Below the pieces are notes generated by a model. It did no database searches. It was given only the letters and a program-made list of their open reading frames with translations, and was not told where the DNA came from. Below are positions 21,922-31,479 of a DNA stretch of 64,000 nucleotides, in pieces. The translations under genes and the position numbers were made by a program. The DNA comes from an uncultured Desulfobacterales bacterium. Its GTDB lineage: Bacteria; Desulfobacterota; Dissulfuribacteria; Dissulfuribacterales; S140-46. The stretch spans positions 20,279-84,278 of the forward strand of contig CAZUIH010000001.1 of the NCBI GenBank assembly GCA_964620365.1, read 5' to 3'. How positions within the stretch are numbered: the first letter of the stretch is position 1; each line of letters opens with the position of its first letter.

Positions 21922-23363
21922 ATCACAAAAGACTTACCAAAAAGGACTATAAACTTATTCACAAAAAACTTTGCAAAGAGAAAAAGTCGGTTTGGAAACA
22001 GTTAAAAAAAAGAGAAAGGGACGAAGTCTTTAAATTTTCTGAAGAATACAAGGCATTTTTATCCGAGGCAAAGACAGAAAGAGAGGCCGTTGAGATAATA
22101 AGACAGGCGGCCATTGATAACGGTTTTAAAGAAACAGAAACGATTTCCGGCACTCCGACACGAATCCTGTGGAGCTTTAGAGGCAAGGCTGCCGCTCTTG
22201 CGGTCATTGGGAAAAGACCTTTAGAAAACGGGGTTCGCCTGATCGCATCCCATATCGATGCCCCAAGACTGGATCTGAAACAGAATCCTCTCTATGAGGA
22301 GCTTGAAATGGGATATCTCAAGACCCATTATTATGGAGGAATCAAAAAATTTCATTGGGTGGCCCGTCCTCTTGCCATCCATGGAGTGGCTATCAAATCG
22401 GACGGCACCACGGTCCCCGTAACAATAGGTGAAAAAGATGGGGACCCGGTAATGACCATAAACGACATCCTGCCACATCTGGCATATAACGTTCAGGCAG
22501 ACAAAAAGATCTCCCAGGCCATACCCGCAGAGAAACTAAACGTTCTGGTAGGCGGTATCCCGCTACTGGGCCCTGAAGATGCGAAAAATGGAATCAAACT
22601 CAACATTCTTAAGATCCTAAACGACAGGTATGGGTTGATAGAGGAAGATCTCATAAGCGCAGAGATCGAAATCGTTCCCGCAGGACGGGCGCAAGACGTG
22701 GGTCTGGATAGGAGTTTTGTAGGTGGCTACGGTCAAGATGACCGTTCATGCGCCTATGCATCATTAAAGGCTATCCTTGAACAAGACAAACCTGAACATA
22801 CAGCCATCGCACTATTTCTTGACAAAGAGGAAATCGGAAGTGACGGAAACACCGGTGCCAAATCACGTTTTCTTGAACTGATCCTCTACGACCTCATGCG
22901 TCTTACCGAGACATCCTTGGCACCAGATACCCTTATAAGAACATTTATCGAGTCAAAGGCCATTTCCGCAGATGTCACGGCCGGAATCGACCCTGACTAC
23001 CAGGAGGTTCACGAAAAAAGAAATGACGCCCTTATTGGTCATGGGATTTGCGTCACAAAATACACTGGATCCAGGGGAAAATATTCTGCAAATGACGCCC
23101 ACGCAGAGTATGTAGGTTGGCTAAGAAACATATTTAACGAGGCAAATATAATCTGGCAGGCAGGAGAATTAGGCAGAGTAGATGAAGGAGGGGGAGGAAC
23201 CGTCGCCAAGTATCTTTCACAACACGGAATAGACACCATAGACGCCGGGCCACCTCTTTTGAGCATGCACTCACCTTTTGAAATTGCTCATAAAGCCGAT
23301 CTATATATGACATACAGGGCATATAAGACCTTTTATCAAAAAGGGACCAAAGGAGGGGCCTAA
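21918..23363 (+). CDS. M18-family aminopeptidase
   Basis: SHIDAPRLDLKQNP, GQDDRSC and EEIGSDG metal-site-like motifs. 481 aa. Confidence 0.85.
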   Translation: MNHKRLTKKDYKLIHKKLCKEKKSVWKQLKKRERDEVFKFSEEYKAFLSEAKTEREAVEIIRQAAIDNGFKETETISGTPTRILWSFRGKAAALAVIGKRPLENGVRLIASHIDAPRLDLKQNPLYEELEMGYLKTHYYGGIKKFHWVARPLAIHGVAIKSDGTTVPVTIGEKDGDPVMTINDILPHLAYNVQADKKISQAIPAEKLNVLVGGIPLLGPEDAKNGIKLNILKILNDRYGLIEEDLISAEIEIVPAGRAQDVGLDRSFVGGYGQDDRSCAYASLKAILEQDKPEHTAIALFLDKEEIGSDGNTGAKSRFLELILYDLMRLTETSLAPDTLIRTFIESKAISADVTAGIDPDYQEVHEKRNDALIGHGICVTKYTGSRGKYSANDAHAEYVGWLRNIFNEANIIWQAGELGRVDEGGGGTVAKYLSQHGIDTIDAGPPLLSMHSPFEIAHKADLYMTYRAYKTFYQKGTKGGA

Positions 23364-24331
23364 TGAAAATCGTTGATCCTACATTTACGGTCTTAGATGA
23401 ATACTTCAGAAAAGCCAAGGTGTTGGAACAGATAGAACGGTGTGGAAGAATATGTTACAAGAGCGAAGACAAAATCACTTTGGACTCGGCCGGCCCCTTT
23501 ATAAAAAGGATCATAGAAAGAGGACATGAATCTGTCCTGGAAATGGCACACCTCGTGATGGAGATTACAGTAGAAAGTAACTCCATTATGCACAAGTTCT
23601 TTGAAAGGATACCTAGGTTCTGCCAGGCAGACCGGTTAGACAAAAAACGGTACTTGCTATCTGGGAACCCGAGAGCCTTCAGGGATCTTGCCAGGGATTA
23701 CAGTGATCTTAAGGTAGTAAAGGCAATTTTGAAGATCCTGACTGAAAAATATCCCGTCCTTTACGAAGACCTGATCCCTAAACATGGCTGGATTCCCCAG
23801 GATGGCATATCCATACGTTTGCTGGAACCAAAAGAGATCGATGAGCTGCCTTTGGATTACCTGATAAAACATAGGACGCTTCTTGTACATCTCGTGGTGA
23901 ACAGAGCGGTAACCCACGAGTTGGTCCGTCACAGGGTGGCCTCATATCTCCAGGAATCCCAACGATACTGCAGGTATGGGGAAAGCAAATTCGGTGGTGA
24001 AGTTGCCTTTATCAGGCCTTGTTTTTTCAGGGATGACACGAATGAATTTCAACTGTGGCGAAAAGCCATGGAAGAGACAGAAAAAATATATCTTCAACTT
24101 CTAAAGACTTCGTCCCCCCAGGCAGCGAGGACTGTACTTCCAAATTCATGCAAGACCGAGATAATGGTAAATGCCACTTTGGCGGAATGGATGCACATAA
24201 CCCGTCTCAGGGCATCAAAAGCGGCTGACCCCTCCATGAGGGAAATAATGATCATGCTCTTAAATGATTTTGTCAAACGTTTTCCGACTGTTTTCAATCC
24301 GGTAAAAGAAACCCTTCAAATAGAGGAATAA
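23363..24331 (+). CDS. thyX: FAD-dependent thymidylate synthase ThyX
   Basis: Exact ThyX signature RHRxxSxxxxSxRY (RHRVASYLQESQRY), plus GHESVLEM near the N-terminus. Confidence 0.85.
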   Translation: MKIVDPTFTVLDEYFRKAKVLEQIERCGRICYKSEDKITLDSAGPFIKRIIERGHESVLEMAHLVMEITVESNSIMHKFFERIPRFCQADRLDKKRYLLSGNPRAFRDLARDYSDLKVVKAILKILTEKYPVLYEDLIPKHGWIPQDGISIRLLEPKEIDELPLDYLIKHRTLLVHLVVNRAVTHELVRHRVASYLQESQRYCRYGESKFGGEVAFIRPCFFRDDTNEFQLWRKAMEETEKIYLQLLKTSSPQAARTVLPNSCKTEIMVNATLAEWMHITRLRASKAADPSMREIMIMLLNDFVKRFPTVFNPVKETLQIEE

Positions 24332-24344
24332 TATAGGCGCCGAA

Positions 24345-25970
24345 ATGAAATTTGAGACTGACTTTCTCATAATAGGAAGTGGAATAGCCGGGCTTTCCCT
24401 TGCCCTTAAGGCAAGCAAGTTGGGGAAGGTAACCGTAGTCACAAAGAAAGAAATATCTAATACGGCAACCAATCTTGCACAGGGAGGCATTGCCTGTGTT
24501 CTCGATTCAAACGACAGCTTTGAACTTCACGTACAAGATACGCTGCGGGCAGGAGATGGCCTCTGTCACGAAGATGTAGTCAAGATGATAGTGGAAGAAG
24601 GGCCTGAACGGATAAAGGAACTAGCGGAACTGGGGGTATCTTTTACGCGAAACCCCAAAGATCCAGATAAATATGATCTTGGGCAGGAAGGTGGACACTC
24701 GAGACGAAGAGTGGTCCATGCAGCGGATTTTACCGGCAGGGCCATCCAAAGCGTTCTGTCCCAAAGGGCCTATGAAAATCCCAATATCGAAATTTTAGAA
24801 GATCATGTTGCTGTTGATCTTATAACTGAGGGAAAGATTACCAAGACTCCGTACAAAAGTTACAAGGAAAGATGCATAGGCGCCTACATTCTTGATGTCT
24901 CTTCGAATCGAGTCAGAAGATTTCTATCTCCCATAACGGTGCTTGCAACAGGCGGAGCAGGCAAGGTTTATCTCTACACAAGCAATCCTGATATTGCCTC
25001 GGGAGCTGGTATAGCAATGGCCTACAGAGCCGGTGCCAGGATAGCCAATCTCGAATTCGTCCAATTTCACCCTACATGTCTTTATCATCCCAGTGCCAAA
25101 AACTTTTTGATATCCGAGGCATTAAGAGGAGAAGGCGCAAAGCTACTAGACCATAACGGCACCCCTTTCATGGAAAAGTATGATCCCGTCCATAAGGAAC
25201 TGGCCTTTCGGGATCTGGTTGCAAGGGCCATAGACTTCGAGCTGAAAAAAAGCGGAAAAGATTGCGTTTACCTTGACATAAGCCATAGGGACTCCTCTTT
25301 CATACAAAAACGTTTTCCCAATATCTACAAGGTTTGTCTCACCTTTGGTATAGACATAACCAAGGAGCCCATACCGGTGGTGCCAGCAGCCCATTACATG
25401 TGCGGCGGTGTCGTAACAGATTCCTTTGGCCACACTGATCTAGTAGGGCTCTTTGCCATAGGAGAGACGGCTTGTACCGGACTCCATGGTGCAAACAGGC
25501 TTGCCTCAAATTCCCTACTGGAAGGCCTTGTCATGGCCCACCGTGTCTTTCTGAAATCTTGCAGCCTGTTAGACGATTTGAAAAGTAAAGACCCTGCACA
25601 GGTTCCCCCATGGAATACAGGAGGAGCTGTGGATCTAGAGGAAGCTGTCCTGATATCCCACAACTGGGATGCAATAAGGCGACTCATGTGGAACTATGTG
25701 GGAATTGTCCGAAGCAGTAAGAGACTGTCCCTGGCAAGACAACACCTAGATCCAATTCTTAAAGAAATCCAACAGCATTATTGGGACTACATACTAACAA
25801 GAGATTTTATTGAACTAAGAAACTTGGCCCAGACGGCTACACTCATAATAGATGCAGCCAGCATGCGAAAGGAAAGCCGGGGAGGGCACTACACCCTTGA
25901 TTACCCCCATAAAAATGACTGGGAGTGGCGCCGTGATACAGTAATAGAAAGACCGCAGAACAATAAGTGA
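24345..25970 (+). CDS. nadB: L-aspartate oxidase
   Basis: FAD-binding FLIIGSGIAGLSLAL, QGGIA, and GETACTGLHGANRLASNSLLE. Confidence 0.95.
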   Translation: MKFETDFLIIGSGIAGLSLALKASKLGKVTVVTKKEISNTATNLAQGGIACVLDSNDSFELHVQDTLRAGDGLCHEDVVKMIVEEGPERIKELAELGVSFTRNPKDPDKYDLGQEGGHSRRRVVHAADFTGRAIQSVLSQRAYENPNIEILEDHVAVDLITEGKITKTPYKSYKERCIGAYILDVSSNRVRRFLSPITVLATGGAGKVYLYTSNPDIASGAGIAMAYRAGARIANLEFVQFHPTCLYHPSAKNFLISEALRGEGAKLLDHNGTPFMEKYDPVHKELAFRDLVARAIDFELKKSGKDCVYLDISHRDSSFIQKRFPNIYKVCLTFGIDITKEPIPVVPAAHYMCGGVVTDSFGHTDLVGLFAIGETACTGLHGANRLASNSLLEGLVMAHRVFLKSCSLLDDLKSKDPAQVPPWNTGGAVDLEEAVLISHNWDAIRRLMWNYVGIVRSSKRLSLARQHLDPILKEIQQHYWDYILTRDFIELRNLAQTATLIIDAASMRKESRGGHYTLDYPHKNDWEWRRDTVIERPQNNK

Positions 25971-26126
25971 TACAGACAACTAAAGATAAAAAAATCATAT
26001 TTTTTTTTTACCCTAATTGCTGGACTTCTCCTGGCGCTGGCTTTAAAGGGATACCAGGCATACAACCTTACGGCCATCTACCACACCATCGTCAAAATTA
26101 TTAAGGAGAGAGAAGCTGCTAGAGAA

Positions 26127-26684
26127 TTGATTATGTCCCTGGGGCCAATGGCACCCTTGGCATTTATCGGGCTTCAGACGCTACAGATAATAATCTCCCC
26201 TATTCCTGGAGAAGCCACAGGTTTCATTGGTGGTTTTCTTTTTGGCAAATGGGCCGGATTCATTTACTCGACCATAGGACTGACCATAGGCTCTGGCCTG
26301 GCATTCTGTATCGCAAGGCAATTTCGGCGCCTTATAAGTAAGAGACTCAAGCGGTCAGATCTGTACAACAAATTTGAGAAACTGATCGAGCACCAGGGCA
26401 TATTCATCTTTTTTTTATTCTTTCTCATGCCTGGCTTCCCAAAGGACTTTTTATGTTATTTTTTAGGATTGAGCCGGATGCCGTGGCAAGCATTCATTAT
26501 TATCGTCTTTCTGGGACGCATGCCCGGCACCCTCATGCTAACACTCCAAGGTGCCAATGTGTACGATGGTAACATCAAAGGTTTTTTATGGCTCCTTGTA
26601 ATCACCCTAATAGTCGTTGCCCCTTCCTGGTATTTTCGACAACGGGTATATCAATGGGTGGATCAACATAGTCTCAAGGAGTAA
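26127..26684 (+). CDS. TVP38/TMEM64 (DedA-related) family membrane protein; the N-terminus appears disrupted or mis-framed upstream
   Basis: Family-like core (ISPIPGEATGFIGGFLFG, PGFPKDFLCYFLGLS). The same frame stays open and encodes a TM helix back to 25971, but has no ATG/GTG/TTG there. See the T10-tract finding. Confidence 0.8.
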   Translation: MIMSLGPMAPLAFIGLQTLQIIISPIPGEATGFIGGFLFGKWAGFIYSTIGLTIGSGLAFCIARQFRRLISKRLKRSDLYNKFEKLIEHQGIFIFFLFFLMPGFPKDFLCYFLGLSRMPWQAFIIIVFLGRMPGTLMLTLQGANVYDGNIKGFLWLLVITLIVVAPSWYFRQRVYQWVDQHSLKE

Positions 26685-26689
26685 TTCCA

Positions 26690-27871
26690 TTGAAAATAGC
26701 ATATCTGGACTGTTTTTCCGGCATAAGCGGAGATATGATGCTGGGGGCGTTTATAAGTCTTGGATGGCCGGAAAAGGAATTCAGAAAACTCCCTGAAAAA
26801 ATTGGTCTTAAAGATATAAGGATATCCTTAAAAAAGGTGCTTCGACAGGGCATAGGTGGCACCAAGGTGGACATAGTGTATCCCATTCCACAACCCTTGC
26901 GGACACTAAAAGATATATCCAGTCTGCTTAAGGTATCAACCCTGTCCCATGATGTCATCAAAAAGACCATGAGGACCTTTACATTGCTGGCAGAGGCAGA
27001 GAGTAAAGTTCACAATTGTTCAATAAATGAGATACACTTCCATGAAATTGGAGGTGTGGACACCATCCTCGATATCGTTGGGGTTTTTGAGGCCCTAGAT
27101 TTTCTCAAAATAGACCAAATAGCATGCTCCCCGCTACCTGTCTCCGCGGGATGGATAGAGTCCGATCACGGCAGGCTTCCTCTTCCGGCCCCTGCAACGG
27201 CAGAACTTCTAAGCGGGATTCCAGTATACACGCTATCATCAGGATATGAACTTGTAACCCCCACAGGGGCTGCGATTGTGAGGGCATTGACCCCTACCTT
27301 CTCTCCCATGCCTGAAATGAAAGTGCTTGCTGTTGGATATGGGGCAGGAGCACACGATATCGCAAGTCATCCCAATCTTCTTAGAATCTGGCTTGGTGAA
27401 GCGGACACATTCAAGGCCGTTCCGGTTGTTGAAATCCGCACCCACATAGATGATATGAACCCGGAATGGTATGAATACACGATGGAACGCCTGTTTGCTG
27501 AAGGCGCCCTTGACGTGACCCTCTCCCCGGTTCAAATGAAAAAAAACAGGCCTGGATGCGAGTTGATTGTCATATGCACACCAGGTATGGAAGAACGGTT
27601 GAGCTCGATTCTATTTCAGGAAACTACCACTTCCGGTGTCAGACTTATAAAGTGTCACCGTTATACCCTGCCGAGGTTGACAGGTGTAATTGAGACCCGT
27701 TGGGGAGACCTTGAAGTAAAACTTATCACCGGTCCAGCAGGTGAAAAAAGGATGGTGCCCGAATATGATGCATGTAAAAAGATAGCGCTGAAACATGGCG
27801 TACCATTACAGAAGGTATATGAAACCGTTTCTCTGTTACCAATAGAAAGATTCAAAAAAAGAGAAAAATAA
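26690..27871 (+). CDS. larC: LarC-family nickel insertion protein (nickel-pincer cofactor biosynthesis, DUF111)
   Basis: N-terminal KIAYLDCFSGISGDMMLGA and HFHEIGGVDTILDIVG. TTG start. Confidence 0.9.
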   Translation: MKIAYLDCFSGISGDMMLGAFISLGWPEKEFRKLPEKIGLKDIRISLKKVLRQGIGGTKVDIVYPIPQPLRTLKDISSLLKVSTLSHDVIKKTMRTFTLLAEAESKVHNCSINEIHFHEIGGVDTILDIVGVFEALDFLKIDQIACSPLPVSAGWIESDHGRLPLPAPATAELLSGIPVYTLSSGYELVTPTGAAIVRALTPTFSPMPEMKVLAVGYGAGAHDIASHPNLLRIWLGEADTFKAVPVVEIRTHIDDMNPEWYEYTMERLFAEGALDVTLSPVQMKKNRPGCELIVICTPGMEERLSSILFQETTTSGVRLIKCHRYTLPRLTGVIETRWGDLEVKLITGPAGEKRMVPEYDACKKIALKHGVPLQKVYETVSLLPIERFKKREK

Positions 27872-28375
27872 ATGGGCTTTCAAAAGGCCAACGACAAAAA
27901 AGGAACACCGGAAAGGATCATAATATTTATTGCCTCTGGCCTTTACCTGGGGTTTATGCCCAAGGCCCCCGGCACATGGGGCAGTATTCTTGGAATACCT
28001 TTATATCTCTTGGTTTCCCGTATAGCTCCTCTTCCCGTGGATATTATCTTACTATTGTTATTCCTGCTATTCTCCAGTTGGATCGCAGACAGGGCGGGAA
28101 AGCTATTCCACTGTACTGACGCCTCTCAAATCGTGGTGGACGAGGTAGTTGGAATGTGGACAGCCCTTGTCGGGGCCCCTTTTTCGCCTGTCATTATTGG
28201 ACTTGCCTTTATTCTGTTCCGTTTTTTCGACATCTTAAAACCTTTTCCAATAAGACAATTAGAAAAAAAAATCCCTGGCGGTGTCGGAGTAGTTATGGAC
28301 GACATCATAGCAGGGGTTTTTGCCAATATAGGCTGGCATCTATTGGATCACTTCTTCCATATTGGGAACCTCTAA
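27872..28375 (+). CDS. pgpA: Phosphatidylglycerophosphatase A
   Basis: PGTWGS, VVDEVVGMW, ILKPFPI and GVVMDDIIAG. Confidence 0.9.
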   Translation: MGFQKANDKKGTPERIIIFIASGLYLGFMPKAPGTWGSILGIPLYLLVSRIAPLPVDIILLLLFLLFSSWIADRAGKLFHCTDASQIVVDEVVGMWTALVGAPFSPVIIGLAFILFRFFDILKPFPIRQLEKKIPGGVGVVMDDIIAGVFANIGWHLLDHFFHIGNL

Positions 28376-28629
28376 AAATTGTCATTTTGTCCGATGACCG
28401 CGTTGCTCGTCGGCAAAAAAGACTCACACCTAGAAAATATGCCGCGCTTTTCGAGTTTGTTTGCTCATTCGGCGCTCTCCCACTCCCTCGAAACGGGTTT
28501 CAGGCCCTTGAAAATTTCATTCTGGTTTGAAGACTTGCCGAATGGAATAAATGGTATAGTCTAATAAAAGTCGTCATTGGTCCATTTTAAAAACTGCCAA
28601 TTAAAAGGGATTAATACTTTTGCTGAAAA

Positions 28630-29916
28630 ATGAATAAAAAGTCCAATCACATAAAAAAAACTCCAAAAGGTGAGATCATCTCAATCGGAGATGAACTTAT
28701 CTCTGGCAAAATACTGAACACGACCAGTGAATTTGCGGCAAAGGTCCTTTTTTCACTCGGTTACCAGATAAGCCGCATAACTGCCATAGGAGATGACCCT
28801 GAAGATATCGAAGAATGCCTGTTGAGCTCTCTGAAAAGGGCTGACTTTGTTATTGTAACAGGGGGACTCGGACCTACCACTGATGACATAACCAGTGAAA
28901 CTGTCTCTAAAGTCCTTGGTAGGAAATTGGTCTTTTACAATGAAATATATAAAAAGATCAAGGAAGCAGAGGCTGAACATTTTTTGGGTGAAAAGCTGGC
29001 ATGGCTGCCACAAGGAGCAGAAGTGTTGAATCCGGATGGCCACGCCGCAGGGTACCTTATAATCCATGAAGGCATCCCTATTTTCTTTCTGCCTGGTGTA
29101 CCAGACCAGCTTGAAGATCACATGGTAAACCAAGTGATACCCAGGCTTGAAAACCTGATCCCTGACCACCCCACGATTTTGCAGCGAACCTTCAAGATCT
29201 TTGGATTGTCAGAAACTGAGATCAACAGTTTTTTTGAAGAATTTGAACGCAGTTACGACACCGTTTCTTTTGGTTACTATCCAAACTTTCCAGAGGTCCA
29301 CTTGACTGTCACTGTACGAGACGATGAGCCCCAAAAGGCTTCTTCAGATCTTGAAATGGCGTGCGCAAAAATTAGAGACGTCCTGGGAGAATACATTGTA
29401 GCCTCAGACCAGGCTACACTTGAAATGACTGTTGGAAAGCTCCTCTTAAGGCATAATGCCATGCTATCTGTTGCTGAATCCTGCACTGGCGGATTGGTGG
29501 GCCATAGAATAACCAAGGTCCCAGGCAGCTCAAGCTGGTTCGAGAGGGGTGTCATAACATACAGCAACAGGGCAAAAGAAGAATTGCTGGGCGTGTCCGG
29601 GGAAACACTGACAAAGCATGGTGCAGTAAGTAGAAATACGGCCATAGAGATGGCACAAGGCATAAAATCCAGGTCCGGCACAGATTTTAGTCTTGCCATT
29701 ACTGGAATCGCAGGTCCAGGTGGAGGGACTCCGGAAAAACCCGTAGGCACGGTATACATCGCCATGGCGACCCCGGAGAAAACCGTTGCCAACCATTTTC
29801 ACTTTTCCGGAACCAGACATATGATACAGACTATTTCTGGGGAAACCGCCCTTGATTGGCTGAGACGTTTTCTTGAATATGGTACGTACATTCCTGGCTA
29901 TAGAACTGCCTCATGA
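28630..29916 (+). CDS. cinA: CinA family protein (MoCF-type domain + nicotinamide-nucleotide amidase domain)
   Basis: IISIGDELISGKILNTTS, VTGGLGPTTDD, SVAESCTGGL and ITGIAGPGGG. Confidence 0.93.
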   Translation: MNKKSNHIKKTPKGEIISIGDELISGKILNTTSEFAAKVLFSLGYQISRITAIGDDPEDIEECLLSSLKRADFVIVTGGLGPTTDDITSETVSKVLGRKLVFYNEIYKKIKEAEAEHFLGEKLAWLPQGAEVLNPDGHAAGYLIIHEGIPIFFLPGVPDQLEDHMVNQVIPRLENLIPDHPTILQRTFKIFGLSETEINSFFEEFERSYDTVSFGYYPNFPEVHLTVTVRDDEPQKASSDLEMACAKIRDVLGEYIVASDQATLEMTVGKLLLRHNAMLSVAESCTGGLVGHRITKVPGSSSWFERGVITYSNRAKEELLGVSGETLTKHGAVSRNTAIEMAQGIKSRSGTDFSLAITGIAGPGGGTPEKPVGTVYIAMATPEKTVANHFHFSGTRHMIQTISGETALDWLRRFLEYGTYIPGYRTAS

Positions 29917-30439
29917 TATCCGCCAAGAGCTGTCCCGTTATCTGGAAAAATGGCGCAGCACAAAGGCAAACGTAAAATGGGTGCAACCATCTAGAATGCA
30001 CATCACTCTAAAATTTTTTGGAGAAATCCCTGAGACCCATATCCCGTCAATAATGCAGACCTGTGAAAAAATTTGTGCTGCACAAAGGCCTTTTCAACTC
30101 GCAATTGCAGGTACAGGGATATTTCCAAATCTGCAAAAGCCACGGGTCTTGTGGACAGGGATAACTGAAGACAAAAACATGTTGATTAGTCTTCAACAAC
30201 AACTTGAAGATTCCTTGTGTGCCATAGGATTTGCCAAGGAAAAACGTTCTTTTTCTCCCCACCTGACTGTCGGACGTATTCGCTCGTCCAAAAGGACTTC
30301 ACAATTAATAAAAATTTTTATGGCCGAACGAATCAAAACCATTCCATTTACTGTGAACTCTGTATCTCTATTTAAGAGCGTGCTCACACCTCAAGGTCCT
30401 CAATACTATGTCTTGGGTATCTTCCCCTTCAAGGACTGA
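29879..30439 (+). CDS. thpR: RNA 2',3'-cyclic phosphodiesterase (2H family, ThpR/LigT)
   Basis: Two HxT motifs (HITLKF, HLTVGR). I chose the ATG at 29879; the ORF track starts at a TTG at 29873. Overlaps the cinA 3' end. Confidence 0.85.
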   Translation: MVRTFLAIELPHDIRQELSRYLEKWRSTKANVKWVQPSRMHITLKFFGEIPETHIPSIMQTCEKICAAQRPFQLAIAGTGIFPNLQKPRVLWTGITEDKNMLISLQQQLEDSLCAIGFAKEKRSFSPHLTVGRIRSSKRTSQLIKIFMAERIKTIPFTVNSVSLFKSVLTPQGPQYYVLGIFPFKD

Positions 30440-30740
30440 ACCCGTATCATGGAGCTGTGAAGCATGCCGAAGCGGCAAGGCGGCAGACACATAGAGTCTC
30501 TCTTGCACTTCAACTATCTGATAAGACAGCATATCAAGAGGTGACCATCGACTCCTTACGGCTTTAAATGCCAAAAATAGCGTAATGTTGTTACAATCAT
30601 TTTTCGGCATTTTAAGTGCTTAATCTGGGCTGAAATGTACTGGTTACCATGACGAGAACTGCCTCCCTAAACGGACCCCAGGCTGTTTCCCGAGATTGAG
30701 TAGGGCATATCGCAAAATAAATTTCCAAATATAAAAGGGC

Positions 30741-30767
30741 TAAAGTCTTTTATCAGCAGGACGATAA
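30741..30767 (+). promoter_or_regulatory. Sigma-28 (FliA)-type promoter candidate upstream of cheW-mcp
   Basis: TAAAGTCT-N11-GACGATAA against the enterobacterial FliA consensus TAAAGTTT-N11-GCCGATAA. 7/8 in each element with exact 11-nt spacing. About 190 nt upstream of the cheW ATG. Confidence 0.45.
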
Positions 30768-30954
30768 GTAGGAAAGATTTAAGGATCAGCTTTATGCTGT
30801 TCCGTGGTCACTAGTTTATAAAAACAATGCAACCACAGGGTATGTTACGAAAGAATTTTGATCTTATCCTCTCAAAGAGGAATCCTATGGCAACATATCC
30901 CCGGCAACAAGGTTACTAGCTAAGGTAACATGATAAGCTTTAATTATTCTTTCC

Positions 30955-31464
30955 ATGGATGAGATGCAATCTTTTCAGCAAACCAAGGGATTACAGACAG
31001 TAATCTTTCATATAAATAACCGTCCTTTTTGCATTGAACTTTCGTTTATTAGGGAGGTTGTCACCCTTTCTGGGCTGAAAAGCATTCCAAATGCCACACC
31101 CCATGTGGCAGGAGTGATTAATATCAGAGGAGAAGTAATTCCAGTTTTTAACATTGAGTCTATACTCCTTGGTCCATCTAACCAGGCAGCTTCGACCATT
31201 CCCTATAAGCAGAAAATACTTTTGATAAATTTTGGGACAACAAACGCCGGACTAATAGTTCACTCGGTATCCCGAGTGGCTTCACTTTCGTTGGACGGAA
31301 ATGATGATGAAAAAGCCTCGAAACAGGGGTATCAAAATCAATTCCTTAAAACTGTACTTAAAAGTGATGATGAAGAACTGATTCCTCTGGTTGATATTCC
31401 CAAGCTAATGGCCAGGTTAGAAAGAATCAATAGCTCGATACAGGCAACTGCCCAAAAGTATTAG
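30955..31464 (+). CDS. cheW: Chemotaxis coupling protein CheW
   Basis: CheW-like domain (FCIELSFIREVVTLSGLKSIPNATPHVAGVINIRGEVIPVFNI; AGLIVHSVSRV). 169 aa. Confidence 0.9.
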   Translation: MDEMQSFQQTKGLQTVIFHINNRPFCIELSFIREVVTLSGLKSIPNATPHVAGVINIRGEVIPVFNIESILLGPSNQAASTIPYKQKILLINFGTTNAGLIVHSVSRVASLSLDGNDDEKASKQGYQNQFLKTVLKSDDEELIPLVDIPKLMARLERINSSIQATAQKY

Positions 31465-31479
31465 GACAGGAGGATATAT

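Noticed and set aside
28156-28564. Track ORFs of 124 aa and 61 aa spanning the pgpA 3' end and the pgpA-cinA spacer.
   Set aside because: One overlaps pgpA out of frame. Both have low-complexity, Ser/Arg/Phe-rich translations and no RBS. I treat the region as non-coding (see finding).
30368-30610. 80-aa minus-strand ORF in the thpR-cheW spacer, with an imperfect AT-rich inverted repeat (AAATGCCAAAAAT...ATTTTTCGGCATTT, 30566-30612).
   Set aside because: The ORF overlaps the thpR 3' end, has no RBS and I recognise no family. The inverted repeat has a weak A/U-rich stem with a bulge and no clear U-tract, so I cannot call it a terminator with confidence.
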